A DNA stretch of 64,000 nt from Paraspadella gotoi (lineage: Eukaryota > Animalia > Chaetognatha): assembly GCA_051294375.1 (NCBI GenBank), contig CM119265.1, positions 21,328,278-21,392,277 on the forward strand, written 5' to 3'. Position numbers and translations under genes: made by a program. Under the pieces are notes generated by a model, which searched no databases, was not told the DNA's origin, and was given only the letters and a program-made list of their open reading frames with translations. Of the stretch, positions 50,801 to 64,000 are shown piece by piece. The stretch's first letter is position 1; every line of letters starts with the position of its first letter.

Positions 50801-51183
50801 TGGATTAAAGGATGACTTTGATGGCCTGAAGAAGAAAATTAATGAGAGGCAATCGCTGGTATGCGCTCGTCTCAGGCTACGATGAGAGAGACGATGATCT
50901 TGCTACTCGTCAGTCTACTCGATCGTGGCGTCTCTCTCTCCTCGCTCGGATCTGACCTCCTTCTCGTTCAGCTCCTGCTGTTCGTCTCAACTTAATGGAC
51001 ATAATCTCGACTTTACCTCTCTCTCTCGCTCTTCACTTCCGCTTCCTCTCCGTTCTCCCTTCCCCTCGAGATCATTTTAGAATGAGACCCGAGCGCCTTT
51101 CTTTTGCCCAATTTTCTGTTTTGCTCTCGGAGAGACAGAGGAGGAGAAAGAGAAAGAGAGAGAAGGTGAAGGGAGGCGAAGAT

Positions 51184-51214
<31 letters not shown>

Positions 51215-51317
51215 ATTGCATAACGGCGCCTCACCACATCCATCGCGCATTGCGTTGTTGACAAAATAAGAAAACAAAAGATCTTCACCGAAAAAAAGAG
51301 ACAAAGAAGAAGGAAAA

Positions 51318-51400
<83 letters not shown>

Positions 51401-51774
51401 CAAGCAAGCAAGCAAGCAAGCAAGAAAGAAAGAAAGAAAGAAAAAAGGAAAATGTATGAAGAGAAGAGAGCGGGAGGAAAGAAAGAAAGAAAGGAGGAGC
51501 CTTTTCTGACTCTTCTCTCCTCTCTCTTTCCCTTCACTGCACCAACTTCGGTAACAAAAACACACGTCCTCGTCTCGTTTCTCCTTCCTCAAAATCTCCT
51601 CTCCTCTTCGTTGATTTTAGAACTTTGTTTGTTTGTTTACTTTTTTTTGTTTATTCGGGATTAGAACTTGTCCGCCTCCTCGACTTTGGATGATGAATTA
51701 TGAGTCCATCTGTTTGATCTTCTTTCAACCTTTTATTTTTCGTTTTATGAGCAAAGAATTAAAATAAAGGGCCG

Positions 51775-51780
<6 letters not shown>
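41821..51780 (+). repeat. Direct copy of 23297-30480, very degraded in 41.8-48.1 kb and interleaved with inverted pieces of 51.7-54.3 kb
   Basis: AGAGGTGATCTTCTGAAA at 41821 and 23297; TCTTCTATGATTAATCAAGGGAGGCGGCGC at 45730 and 25569; GCCTTTAAGCATTTC at 49000 and 28125; GAATTAAAATAAA at about 51757 and 30459. Confidence 0.88.
51318..51440. repeat. (AAAG)n/(AAGC)n tetranucleotide microsatellite
   Basis: Read directly. Confidence 0.9.
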
Positions 51781-51841
<61 letters not shown>

Positions 51842-52712
51842 CAAAAGCTTTGTTTTCTTTTTTGTTTTGGCGGGGAATGAGAACTGAAAAGGATGCTAGT
51901 TTTTTGTTTTTCTTTGACCGATGGTAAACAATCAAAGAGAAATTGATGGAACAAATTTTTTGGGGAAAAAATTCCCTCAAAACGTAAAACGAAAATGTGG
52001 CGCAAATTCTTGATAACAAATTCGCAGTCTAGCTGAAACCTCTATGTAATTGTAAAATGTGGCATTCGTTTTTATAAGGAGGCAGAGAGAGAAAAAAAAA
52101 ACTTTTGTTACGTTCGTACATAAAATTGAAACATTATTTTTAAAAATTTCAAATAAGATTACGTTTTTGTTTTTTTTTTAGACCGGCGTTTGAACAAGAG
52201 AGCGAAATATTTTAGTAGTGAACATTTCTAAGAAATGACATCGGCGATTCGGTTTTCTTTCCTACTTGANNNNNNNNNNAACATTTCTAAGAAATACCAA
52301 AAAAAACTCTCTAAGTATAAACAAACTCTTTTGGTTTTCCGAATTTACTCCTCTGAAGAAATACTCGCGCATAAACCCTCTTTTTTTCTCCCTGTGAGTT
52401 GTGATGAGAATTTATGAAGCCGAATCCTACGAGTCGTGAAAAAAAAACGAGGGAGAGAAAAAAAATTGTGAATCTCGTGCGAAGCTCATTCACGGTGAGA
52501 AAAAAAAAGTGAGATCCTTGTTTCTTGTCTCGTAACTTCTCACTTATTCTTTTTAACTTCCTTAATTTATGGTGGATTAAAGAGACGCGCGCTGTGTTCA
52601 ACTAATTTCTTTTTCCTCTCTTCCTTTGTTCTCTCTCTCCAGGGTTTCTTTCTCTGCTTTCTGTTCCTTTCAAACCCAAGAAATGATCATTTTTCTTTTT
52701 TATTCTATTAGC

Positions 52713-52795
<83 letters not shown>

Positions 52796-53250
52796 TTCGT
52801 CTCGCTCTCCCAATCGCTTGATATCCTTCTCTTCCTACTTCATATTTCATATTCATAATGAATTCATTTTTTCTTCAAATCAGGAGATTGTCTGATTGCT
52901 TCAATCATATTAAATCATATTAAAAGAACCGCGATTCTCACACATTTTCTATTTTCTTCTTTTTTTTTTCTTTTTTTTTTACTTCCAAGATTTAAACTCA
53001 CTTTTAGTCTTAGTTACGCCGTTTAATATGAGAAAGACAAGAAAGAGAACAAGGAAGAAAGAGAAATTTAAATTTTTTTTTTAAAGAACAACGCGAATGA
53101 CGAAAAAAGACTAAGCGACGTCTCACTCAGGTTCGCCCATAAATTTTTGATGGCTTTCTCCGTCATCGTCGTCGTCGTCATTGTCGTCGTCATTGCCGCT
53201 TTCTCTGTGAGAAAAGTTGTTCCTCTTTCACACATGAGCGCGTCGGAGGC

Positions 53251-53353
53251 TTTTAATCACCGGGTGATAGCGTGGCGCTGTCATCGTCAAACCCTTTAAT
53301 CACCGGGTGTCAGTGTGGCGCTGTCATTGGCAGGCCTTTTAATCACCCGGTGA
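53251..53353. promoter_or_regulatory. Three copies, about 44 bp apart, of TTTAATCACC(G/C)GGTG; the first two are followed by GTGGCGCTGTCAT
   Basis: Copies start at about 53252, 53295 and 53338; inverted copy at about 46258-46376. A regulatory role is inferred only. Confidence 0.4.
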
Positions 53354-54500
53354 TCGCTTCGGCGTTTTCTCTCTTTTTTTTTTTAAAAAGAATAATTTTT
53401 TTCCCTCTTTTTTATTTTTCAACATAAAAGATTAAAAATGTTCGAACGGGATGAAAGGGAAGAAAGGAAAGATGATTGTACGAACAAATTCGAGAGTATA
53501 AATCGTCTGCGAGGTAAATCGCAACCAATGTTTGAAATAGAGCCGTACCTAAAATTTAACTATTAATATTTATAACTTTATGAAAATCATTTTTATATTA
53601 CAGAAAAAACTTTTTATTCTCTCTTCCTAAAATGTAAAAATCACTTATAATATGAAATAAAATTTTGTTAAAATAATAAAAATGACTGTTAGGTTTCAAA
53701 ACCGTTAGGATAAGAATTAGAACTAATGTTAGCTTATAACCATGAAGTTACTATCAATACTTTATCTTGAAGGACAAGAGAAACACAAATCCGTGCCTGT
53801 CCCTAGATCGATTATGCATTTCTATACTATATAATAAATACTTTTATACTATATGAGAATTTTATTACATATCAATAATGATAAAGATACGAATTATATA
53901 TAACCTTAATCCCAAAATATATTTTCCGCTCCAGCCCTCCATGTTCGGCCTAATTGGATTTTTCAATAAATAACTTCCTAACAAAAACGATGTTGGATAT
54001 CTTATTAGATTTAGAAGCCAAGGACTGAAAGTATTTTTAACCTTGTGTTGTGTAGATTCTCCCTGTATTTCCAGAGTGTAATACTAACATCCGTCGTATT
54101 GCAACTATTTTAAATTAAACTAATAATTAAATTAATTATTTGTGTAAAGAATATTTAACTTTTCAATTTTTTTTGTAAAGATAAGGTCTAATACAGCAAA
54201 ACGGGTAATCTGGCTATTTTCATATTGAATTCTATCTTTTTCTTTTTTTTTCTTCTTTTTTGAAGATTCATTTTCGTCACCAAATTTCTAGAATCTTCTT
54301 TTTTTTTCGTGAATAAAAGGAAAAAGATGTAAGAGGATGTGAGGCTGAAGTGGAAGATGAGGAAAGGCAAACGTGATTCAAAGGGGAAGAGGAAGAGGAG
54401 GATAATGGGGCGGAGGGGGGCCACTAGCTAATTTCGTCCCTGGAAAAAAAAGGAGGATGACGTAAAATAACAAAGGAACAATGAAAGTTCGATAAGAGTA

Positions 54501-54540
<40 letters not shown>

Positions 54541-55047
54541 AGCTCTTTCCAAGAATGGGCCCCTCTTCTCTCCCCTTCCTCCTCATCCTCCTATTACTCC
54601 TTTACCCCTTTATTGTTATTTTTTTTCGTCCTCGCGTATCTTTTCGTATCTCATGGGGTCTTCTCGGAGAAAGAGAGAGAGAGAGANNNNNNNNNNGAGA
54701 GAGAGAGAGATTTTCTATTGTAATGACCGATTTTCTTTTAGAACTTGTCACGATAGTTGACTGTTCTTCGCGTTACGAGTTTTCTTTCCATAAATTCCAT
54801 CTTCTTTTCGGCGAAAAAGAAAAAAAAATGGACAGAAAAGAATTCCCCTACTTTTTTTAAAGGTAGTTTTCAGGCCGTGGAAAGAATGGGATTATCGAGT
54901 TCGAGTCCCGATGGTGTAACAGAATTAGTGAAGGTCCTTGCAGAGGTTTTGACGGAAAATTTAGGGGCTGTCGTTTGAAAATGAGGAGAAAGCTGATTTC
55001 GTCACACTCGAAGTGTTCAATGCCCACTTCTGGGATACACGCAAAAT

Positions 55048-55181
<134 letters not shown>

Positions 55182-56199
55182 AGATGGTATTAACTTGAAG
55201 TGGCATCCCAATTCCTTTTGAGACTTTCCGTCTTATCGTAAAATCTGTCAGGTTAATTCTCTCTATTTTCTTCTTTCTTTTCGTCGGTCAAAGATTTCGC
55301 GAACGATTTGTCTGGAAAAAACTTTTTGTGAAGATCACAACTTAATTTCTGTGAAGATTTTTTTTTGGGGGGGAAAGCTAAAGGCTAATATATTTAATTT
55401 TTTTATATTCCGAATTCTAAATTATTTAACATTCATGTTGGACGTGAATGAACATCCGAGGGGAAAAATCTGAAGTACATACTGGAAACTTTCATCCTAA
55501 AGTTTCAAAATGTTATGACTTTTTCAGTGAATAGTGTTACGTGAGGTGTGAAATGAATTAGTACTAGCATTTTAAAATAATTACAATTAACCACGTTACT
55601 CGTTTTTTTTTAAAACAAAATCTGTTGCACGATGTCGAAAGCTAACGTAGGTACGAAACTCATGTATTTTGATTATTAAAAGGAAAAGAAAAAACAAATT
55701 TTTAATAAAACTCGAGGGGAATTTTATTTACAAACTTTTCTTTTTCTTGTTCACCAGCATTCAAGCCTTCAAGGTCAACTTCTCTTCCGCCTCAGAACTT
55801 CCCTTTAAAACCTTCCTCCTTTCATAATGGACAATGTTTTGCCTATCACCTCTTCTCATCTTTGCCATCCATGAGTTTCTGCCGCCACGAAGGATTATTA
55901 TTTTTCGCCAAGGCATCCAGGGTTCGTCCACCCCCCCCNNNNNNNNNNNNNNNNNNNNNNNNNNNNNNNNNNNNNNNNNNNNNNNNNNNNNNNNNNNNNN
56001 NNNNNNNNNNNNNNNNNNNNNNNNNNNNNNNNNNNNNNNNNNNNNNNNNNNNNNNNNNNNNNNNNNNNNNNNNNNNNNNNNNNNNNNNNNNNNNNNNNNN
56101 NNNNNNNNNNNNNNNNNNNNNNNNNNNNNNNNNNNNNNNNNNNNNNNNNNNNNNNNNNNNNNNNNNGGGGAAATCCATCTCGCGATCCCTCATACTCTC

Positions 56200-56497
56200 G
56201 ATCTCCATGCCATGTCGATCTCCATGCCATGTCGATCTACATGACATGTCGATCCCCATGCCATGTCGATCTCCATGCCTTGTTAATCTCCACGCCATGT
56301 CGATCTCCATGACATGTCGATCTCCATGCCTTGTCAATCTCCACGCCATGTCGATCTCCACGCCATGTCGATCTCCATGCCATGTCGATCTTCATTCCAA
56401 GTCGATCTCCATGCCATGTCGATCTCCATGCCATGTCGATCCCCATGCCATGTCAATCTCCATGCCATGTCGATCTCCATGCCATGTCGATCCCCAT
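56200..56497 (+). repeat. 17-bp minisatellite CATGCCATGTCGATCTC, about 17 copies
   Basis: Read directly; source of the MPCRSPCHVDLHAMSIS ORFs. Confidence 0.93.
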
Positions 56498-56820
56498 GGA
56501 GGCCACCGGAGAAAACGATTTCCATTAAGATAAGAGCAAAACTCGGGAATTCAAAAGGAGATTTTCTTTTTNNNNNNNNNNNNNNNNNNNNNNNNNNNNN
56601 NNNNNNNNNNNNNNNNNNNNNNNNNNNNNNNNNNNNNNNNNNNNNNNNNNNNNNNNNNNNNNNNNNNNNNNNNNNNNNNNNNNNNNNNNNNNNNNNNNNN
56701 NNNNNNNNNNNNNNNNNNNNNNNNNNNNNNNNNNNNNNNNNNNNNNNNNNNNNNNNNNNNNNNNNNNNNNNNNNNNNNTTGAATTTTTTTTTTTTGACTA
56801 GATGGAAAAAACAACGAGAC

Positions 56821-57254
56821 CTCTAACTGTACCAAGCATTCCGGAGAAGTTACAAGCAGATCCTGAGGGGGAGGTTGTACTGAGGTTTTCCAAGGCTTGC
56901 AGTCAATTATGAACAACGTACCATCGGTGAACATTAATTCATAGAAAAAGATTAATTTTATATTTTTCAAATTGACGCAGTAGGATATACTGCTTTTACA
57001 TTGTACAATATCGCTGTATAGTAACATTCACATTGATTTAGGTATTAATACTTATTTACCCCCGCGATTCCAAAGACGAACTGACCTTTTTCCGAGCAAA
57101 GACAATTTTTTGCAGAAAGACAAAATTGGATTCAATTCTTCGAAAGACTTCATCCTTTTATCATCAACGATTCATCTCCTGTAATTTCCCCTCCAAGTTA
57201 CTCGGAGCAACAGTTACCGATCCTTGAATTCCAAATCCCTGATTGTCTTTATTT

Positions 57255-57328
<74 letters not shown>

Positions 57329-57373
57329 CCTTCGAAGGTCTTCATTGCCATCAAATCCGACTCAAGATTCCAT
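56821..57373 (-). CDS. Putative orphan gene start with a poly-Asp tract and a 46-nt intron (inverted copy at about 39200-39800, + strand)
   Basis: FDGNEDLRR(D)n ENKDNQGFGIQGSVTVAPSNLEGKLQE..VDDKRMKSFEELNPILSFCKKLSLLGKRSVRLWNRG, then GTAAAT...TATACAG (57059-57014), then DIVQCKSSISYCVNLKNIKLIFFYELMFTDGTLFIIDCKPWKTSVQPPPQDLLVTSPECLVQLE. Confidence 0.5.
57256..57328. repeat. (TCG)n trinucleotide repeat (poly-Asp on the minus strand)
   Basis: Read directly. Confidence 0.95.
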
Positions 57374-57959
57374 TATCGAAAGGCGACGCTCTGAAGCGAC
57401 CGGAGCGACTCAAGCGGCGAAGGCACCAATAAAGATAAAAATGACGCGAACAAAAGACTAAAAGATTGAAGTAGATATGGAAGGAGGAGGAGGAGGAGGA
57501 GGAGGNNNNNNNNNNNNNNNNNNNNNNNNNNNNNNNNNNNNNNNNNNNNNNNNNNNNNNNNNNNNNNNNNNNNNNNNNNNNNNNNNNNNNNNNNNNNNNN
57601 NNNNNNNNNNNNNNNNNNNNNNNNNNNNNNNNNNNNNNNNNNNNNNNNNNNNNNNNNNNNNNNNNNNNNNNNNNNNNNNNNNNNNNNNNNNNNNNNNNNN
57701 NNNNNNNNNNNNNNNNNNNNNNNNNNNNNNNNNNNNNNNNNNNNNNNNNNNNNNNNNNNNNNNNNNNNNNNNNNNNNNNNNNNNNNNNNNNNNNNNNNNN
57801 NNNNNNNNNNNNNNNNNNNNNNNNNNNNNNNNNNNNNNNNNNNNNNNNNNNNNNNNNNNNNNNNNNNNNNNNNNNAGATTTTTCCGAACCCAATTCGAGT
57901 TACTTCGATCGGAAAGGCGGGAGGGAGGCGCGAGGGACTGGGGAGGCTGTGGCGAGTGG

Positions 57960-58270
57960 GTGTGGGCGGTTGCGGAGACGATGACGATGGCGAAGAGTAC
58001 TTTAGATGTTTAATGAAGACGATAACGACGAATAATGATGGCGAACAGTTGACGAAGACGTTGAAAACGATGACGATGACAATGACGACGATGGCGCGAC
58101 AACGGCGACGCTGACAATGATGAGTACTGACAACGAACACTGAGTCAATGACAATTCGGAACGATCGGAATCTTGAAGGCGCCCTTTTCGATTGGTCTGA
58201 CAACAACAACGACGACGACGTAGAAATCGGCGCCACAGACGCCGTTGCTCGTCGACAGAATGGAAATTGA
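57960..58270 (+). CDS. Putative Asp/Asn-rich orphan exon (inverted copy at about 38285-38610)
   Basis: GCGDDDDGE..NEDDNDE..VDEDVENDDDDNDDDG...NLEGALFDWSDNNNDDDVEIGATDAVARRQNGN*; frameshifted. Confidence 0.3.
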
Positions 58271-58771
58271 CTTATTCTTCCCGAGGATTTTGAGTTTTGA
58301 GATTCGACGTTTGACGTTAAAAGAGTCTTTTGATCGTATGAAGTGACTCACTATTTTTAAAGGTTAATCATAAAATGACAAACTATTACCGCATTTTATT
58401 TCAACGAAATAAAGGGCACTGTTTCAAATATTGTAAATTAAAATGTGCCGACTTCGGTTATCCCCTCTCCATAAATTACAAGGTCCTTCCTTTTAATGAC
58501 TTTTTCTACAGGAAGTTGGGACCTACTTTTTTCTCTTTCAATTGTAGGGAAGCGACAATGACGTCGACGACGTCAAAAAAATATTCTTTCTCCGTCGTCA
58601 TCTACTCTATTCTTTCGTTTTATCTAACGGGAAATTATTTCTTTCATTCTTTTCATTCTTTTCTTTCCGAAATTTCTGAGTCTCTGATACAGAAGGGAAA
58701 GGTTTGAAGTGGAACAAAAAAATACTGGAAGAGAAAAAGAGAGAAAATGAAAGGGGAAGAGAAAAGAAGAG

Positions 58772-58866
<95 letters not shown>

Positions 58867-60000
58867 AGAACAAAAGAGACAATGAGAAGATCCCCAACCG
58901 GTTCTTTCTTCTGTCTTCTCCCCCTGTTGTTAAAAAAAAGGAGAAAAAGGTTTTTGTTTCCTTTCTTTCCATTTCCTTTCTATTTCCTTTTTCCGAATTG
59001 ACAAGATAAAAATCTTTCCCTGACACAAAATCCCGGTTCTTGTTCATTTGGGCTTCGAAACGAAACGACGCAAAAGGAGAAAAAAAGGAAAGATATATAA
59101 CGTAACTTAATACCAGAACTAATTCACTAAGCGTAAAAGTAGTCGTGCTAGTTTTTTAGTAGTAGTAATTTTGCAATTTTTATGCATTAATTGGTGATTC
59201 CGGTTTTTCTATTTGATCAAAACCAATTAATTTATTTATTTATACTTTTTTTTTATTTATTTAATCATACATATATTTATTTATCTATATTTTATCTATT
59301 TATACAACTTCATTTACATGGAAGGCAAGTAATTTTAGCTTTGGAAGAGGGATTGAGGCTGTAGCCAAATTTATACGTTCACTACATTCGTAGATAAATA
59401 AATTATCATTTAGACAAAGGTTTTTTTTAAAATAGAATAAATATAGACAAAAGAAAAGGGGAATGATATCTATAAAATTAACTACCCAAGACTCTTCGAC
59501 TCTTTATTCCGTCAAATCAACTTTCTCCACATTTAACGAAAATATACGAAATATTACAATACGTTGAGTTAAATTAAAATTCCTTATTCAAAAAAAAAAA
59601 ACGGGGAAAAAAATCAACATTTTCTTATTTTTACATGAATTTTTTTCCATTTTCTTTTCGCGGTTTAACTTTAAGCTTTTTTATTCTCTTTTTCNNNNNN
59701 NNNNNNNNNNNNNNNNNNNNNNNNNNNNNNNNNNNNNNNNNNNNNNNNNNNNNNNNNNNNNNNNNNNNNNNNNNNNNNNNNNNNNNNNNNNNNNNNNNNN
59801 NNNNNNNNNNNNNNNNNNNNNNNNNNNNNNNNNNNNNNNNNNNNNNNNNNNNNNNNNNNNNNNNNNNNNNNNNNNNNNNNNNNNNNNNNNNNNNNNNNNN
59901 NNNNNNNNNNNNNNNNNNNNNNNNNNNNNNNNNNNNNNNNNNNNNNNNNNNNNNNNNNNNNNNNNNNNNNNNNNNNNNNNNNNNNNNNNNNNNNNNNNNN

Positions 60001-60036
<36 letters not shown>

Positions 60037-60452
60037 AATCGGACGAGAAAATAGAAGAGAGAGAGATATATTTTTCTATTTCACTTTTCTTTTCACTCTT
60101 TCTTTCTTTTTTCTTCTTTTTTTTCTTTCTTTCCCTCAGCTTACCGAAGGAGGGATGTTGCTGAAAGGATGAAAAAGTTAAGTCGCGAAAATATTTTGTT
60201 ATTAACTATTTTTCTCTCTTTTTCTCTCTTCCTTTTTCAAGTAAAATAAATAAAGATTAGTCGCGCAACGCCGCCGAATCCTTGTCAACCCTCAACTGGT
60301 CTTTGGAATAGTAATAAATTTGCTAATAAAGGATCTCAGTTGTTTAAAATATCGTCTGACAAACAAGTTGTTACCGTCAATGAGATTTAACGAACCTTAG
60401 ATGGCAACACTAAGCAAATTAGCCAATATAATCCACGGGATTTATTAATCAG

Positions 60453-60497
<45 letters not shown>

Positions 60498-60507
60498 CTC
60501 TCTCTCC

Positions 60508-60567
<60 letters not shown>

Positions 60568-60999
60568 TTCTTTTCTTTTCTCCTTCTACAACCAATGATA
60601 ATCCTTAATAACTTTTTTCAAAACTGTCACCCGTAAACTCCAAAAACTATTAATAATCGTTTCCATAGAAACAAACTCTCAGAAAACGTAATCCAAAAAA
60701 CTCGTTCCATTCGCGCTCACTGGTTGCATTTTGCAGAAGAAAATGCCTCCCTAAACGATTGTGAGCGCACATGAGTAGAAGGAGGAGGAGAAGGAGGAGG
60801 AGGTGAGGAGGAGGATGAAGCCGGGGCAAGAGAGAAAAGAAGAATAAGAAGAAAATAGAAGAAGAGGAAGATGCCTCGCAGAAGAAGAGATTCCATGATG
60901 CGAATCTATGGTGCGAAGCGCTTCTTGCGGAGAACGAAAAACGATGGGACGGACAAGAAAGATAGAGACAGGGCGACGCCAAACGAGTGGAATTTTGAG

Positions 61000-61031
<32 letters not shown>

Positions 61032-61989
61032 TGAGAGAGAACGAGAGAGAGAGACGAGAGGGAGAGAGAGAGAGAGAGACATTAAGCACAACGAGGAATG
61101 GTTGACTTTCCTCCACTACTCGACGCTGATTGGCCCGCCGCGACTCAGCGCGGACTTCCTCGGCGGCGGAGTAAGTCCGCTCGCTGATTCGTCTGTCTTC
61201 GCCGCGAAGGAGAGGATTCTTTTCCTTCTCTTCCACAACTCTCTCCTTCCGCTCCTCTTCGCGCCGTACTCCGAATTGGGCAGAAATTTATCATTTCTTC
61301 ATAAAAAAATACTTTTCCCGATAGTGAATATTTTAAATAAGGTTTTTGGAAAAAATATTTTTACAAAACAAATGTATGAGTTTAATGTGAATTTACTTCT
61401 GAAAATGATTAAAAAAATTACTAAAAGTTAAGGTTACCTTAACCAAAGCAAATGACAGAGAATCATTGTTATTATTAATAAAATTTAAACATAAATGTTT
61501 ATGTCTAAAATTGAAAATTTTAAAAATATCATTCAATGAAAATTAAAAATATCAATTGTATTTTTTAATTTTATTTTTAATCATTAATTGATTAATTATG
61601 CCTCAAGTTCAGCACGTTACTTCTCTTCGCCAATCTGGTCCAAGTTTCATTGTCTTTTGTCTGGGAATGCTGACAATGTTTAGAGAGGTCGCATTTCAAA
61701 AAAGCCCACGGACTAAAGTTAAAACAAAAAGTTTATTAGTCGGATCTGCTTTCAGCAGATCCCGACTCCTAAATCACTTTGTCGGATCCGTCGGTCCGCC
61801 CCAATCAATCTTGTCGCGGATTCACTTATATCATATCAGACATCGAATTATGATAAAATTATGCAAAAAAATCTTAAAAGCATAAGGATCTCGCAATTGC
61901 ATAAGAAAAAATGTGGATTGACGACAATTTTGATAATAAAAAAAATAAAATTTAAAAAAAAAAATTTATAACAGAAAGAAAAAGAAAGA

Positions 61990-62170
61990 AAAAGAATAAA
62001 TAAAATAGAAAGGAAATGAAAAGGAAAGAAAGAATAGAAAAAAAAGAATTGAGAAAAGGAAAGAAAGAATAGAAAGGAAGAAAAAAGAATAGAAAGGAAA
62101 GAAAGAATAGAAAGGAAAGAAGAAATAGAAAGGAAAGAAAATAGAAAAAGGAAAGAAAGAATAGAAAGGG
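61990..62170. repeat. Purine repeat of about 18 bp (AGAAAGGAAAGAAAGAAT)
   Basis: AATAGAAAGGAA recurs. Confidence 0.75.
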
Positions 62171-63733
62171 GAAAAAAGAAAATTTAATTTATAAACAGAA
62201 AGAAAACATTCTATTTTGCGATTGTCTCTAACACTGTCAGCATTCCCAGACAAATACAAAATGTAACTTGATCAGGACTGACGAGCTGAAGTAAAAGACG
62301 AAAGTGAAACAAAAAACCCGATGTTTTACTATAGAAAATTGATAACAATGCACGAATGCGATACTTAATTTACGAGTTCAATCCCAATTAAATTTTTTTT
62401 TAAGTAAAAAACAACACAGAAGAGAGAGAGAGAGAGAGAGAAAGAAAGAAATCAAATGGCAGAGCAGAAGGCAGGAGAAAAGAGAGAAAAAGAGAGAGCC
62501 CCATGCAAGAGCCAGCTGCAGACTCGTTTTTCCCTATGATTATGAATCAGTGAATAGGGAAAAGAGAGAGGGAGAGAGACATCCGTGTATTAAAAAGAAA
62601 AAGAGAGAGAGAGAGAGAATATTGAAAATTAAAAGAGTTTTGATAAAACGTAAACAAAAACATATTAATAACTGTTCAGACTCAATTTTAGCACATCGAT
62701 GATGAGAAGCTGTATATAAATTTTCAGCTTCATAAAACCCAAATTTAATCATAAAAAGTCGAATCTATAATTTGGAACGCGACACGACGTTCGTAGTAAT
62801 AAATAGTTTTACGAGAATAAAATGTAGTTATAACAATTCATTGAACTGTATTAAAAGAGATAAAAACGTGGTTTTTGTTCTTGGCTGAAATTTCGAATGA
62901 GAGAAACTTAACAAAAGTAAGTGAGGTCAATTAGATCATCCAGAAATACATTATTATTGGTGGAAAAATATTACAATTAATATCTAGAGAAAAGTTTGAA
63001 ATGATTCAACAACGATTATTTCGAATTGAATTCATTTCAACTTTTCTCTAAATCTTTCAACCACAACCGAAACGATTTTTTATTGAGAAAATGTTTTTGC
63101 CTCTCTTCCTGTCATACGCCAGGCAAAAAATGTAATGAGAGTGAGAAGGCAAAAACTTAAGGAAAATGTGGGAGACGGATGAGAAAAAGAGCGGAGAGCG
63201 GGTATTTTCGCGAGTCATTCGCACCCTAAGCACTTCCGCGACGATCGCCCGTCGGTAGAGGAAAGGAGAGGATTCTCGCTCATTTTTAGAGGCATTTCAC
63301 CCATGGGATGACCTCCGACCTTCGACCGGCGGTAAGAGAGAAAAGAAGAAGAAGAAGAAAATAGAAGAAGAGNNNNNNNNNNCTACCGCGGCTCGATCGA
63401 TTGTCGACCAACCCCATGAGCACAACGGACTATAATGGTCGAGTCGTAAAGGTAGACATTTAAAGAGACGGAATCAGTTGCTAATGAGGGACCCCCCCCC
63501 TCCTCGTCGTTCACAAAAAGATCGTTTTCAACTCAAACCGAAAAAAAAATAACTAAAATTTATTTAAGTTTCTTATGATTTGTCAGTTTTCAGGTGAAAA
63601 GAGCGAAAGAAAAGAAAACCTATTTAACACTTTGGGCCTAAAAAATTTTAATGAATGTATCTTTGCTCAAGGCAAGGAAAACAACTTCCTGATTTTTTCG
63701 TATAAAAATGTCAAAATCAAAAGAAGAAGAAAG

Positions 63734-63764
<31 letters not shown>

Positions 63765-64000
63765 GGGCGAAATGCCAAAAATGCCAAACTTTCTTCTAAA
63801 AACTTCTTTTTTTTATCATTTTCAGCAAAGAATTTTCTATTATTTCCTTTTTCGCTCGAATCAAAAGGAAAAGTTGGTTTTTACAGCGAAAAAATCGCGA
63901 TGCAGAGAATTTATTTGATTTTTTTTTTTTATGGAAACTCGCCGCTCGCGAAATTCTCATGAAAAAAAATATTTACAAGGAAACACGAAGGTCGTAGCGA

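Overview
This is a eukaryotic, probably animal, genomic window from an error-prone, gap-filled long-read assembly. It has many N gaps, indel-riddled stretches and dense (AG)n microsatellites, and most of the supplied ORFs are microsatellite or N artefacts. Four things are well supported. (1) A five-exon stand-alone alpha-kinase gene (eEF2K/MHCK/ALPK fold) lies at 5247-9469 (+); exons 3-4 are frameshifted and intron 1 is GC-AG. (2) A full-length Ty3/gypsy LTR retrotransposon (CsRN1/Kabuki-like) lies at 15652-23226, with both LTRs, a PPT and an ATAC target-site duplication; its empty (pre-insertion) site sits about 0.9 kb upstream. (3) A giant inverted duplication pairs about 34.8-49.0 kb with about 51.7-64.0 kb, and a direct duplication of 23.3-30.5 kb recurs at 41.8-51.8 kb; the two are interleaved in a way that suggests a chimeric consensus. 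(4) There are several minisatellites. More tentatively, there is a dense set of intron-containing orphan coding segments (acidic, Lys-rich or Cys/Gly-repeat) with no recognisable domain. No rRNA, tRNA or CRISPR features were seen.
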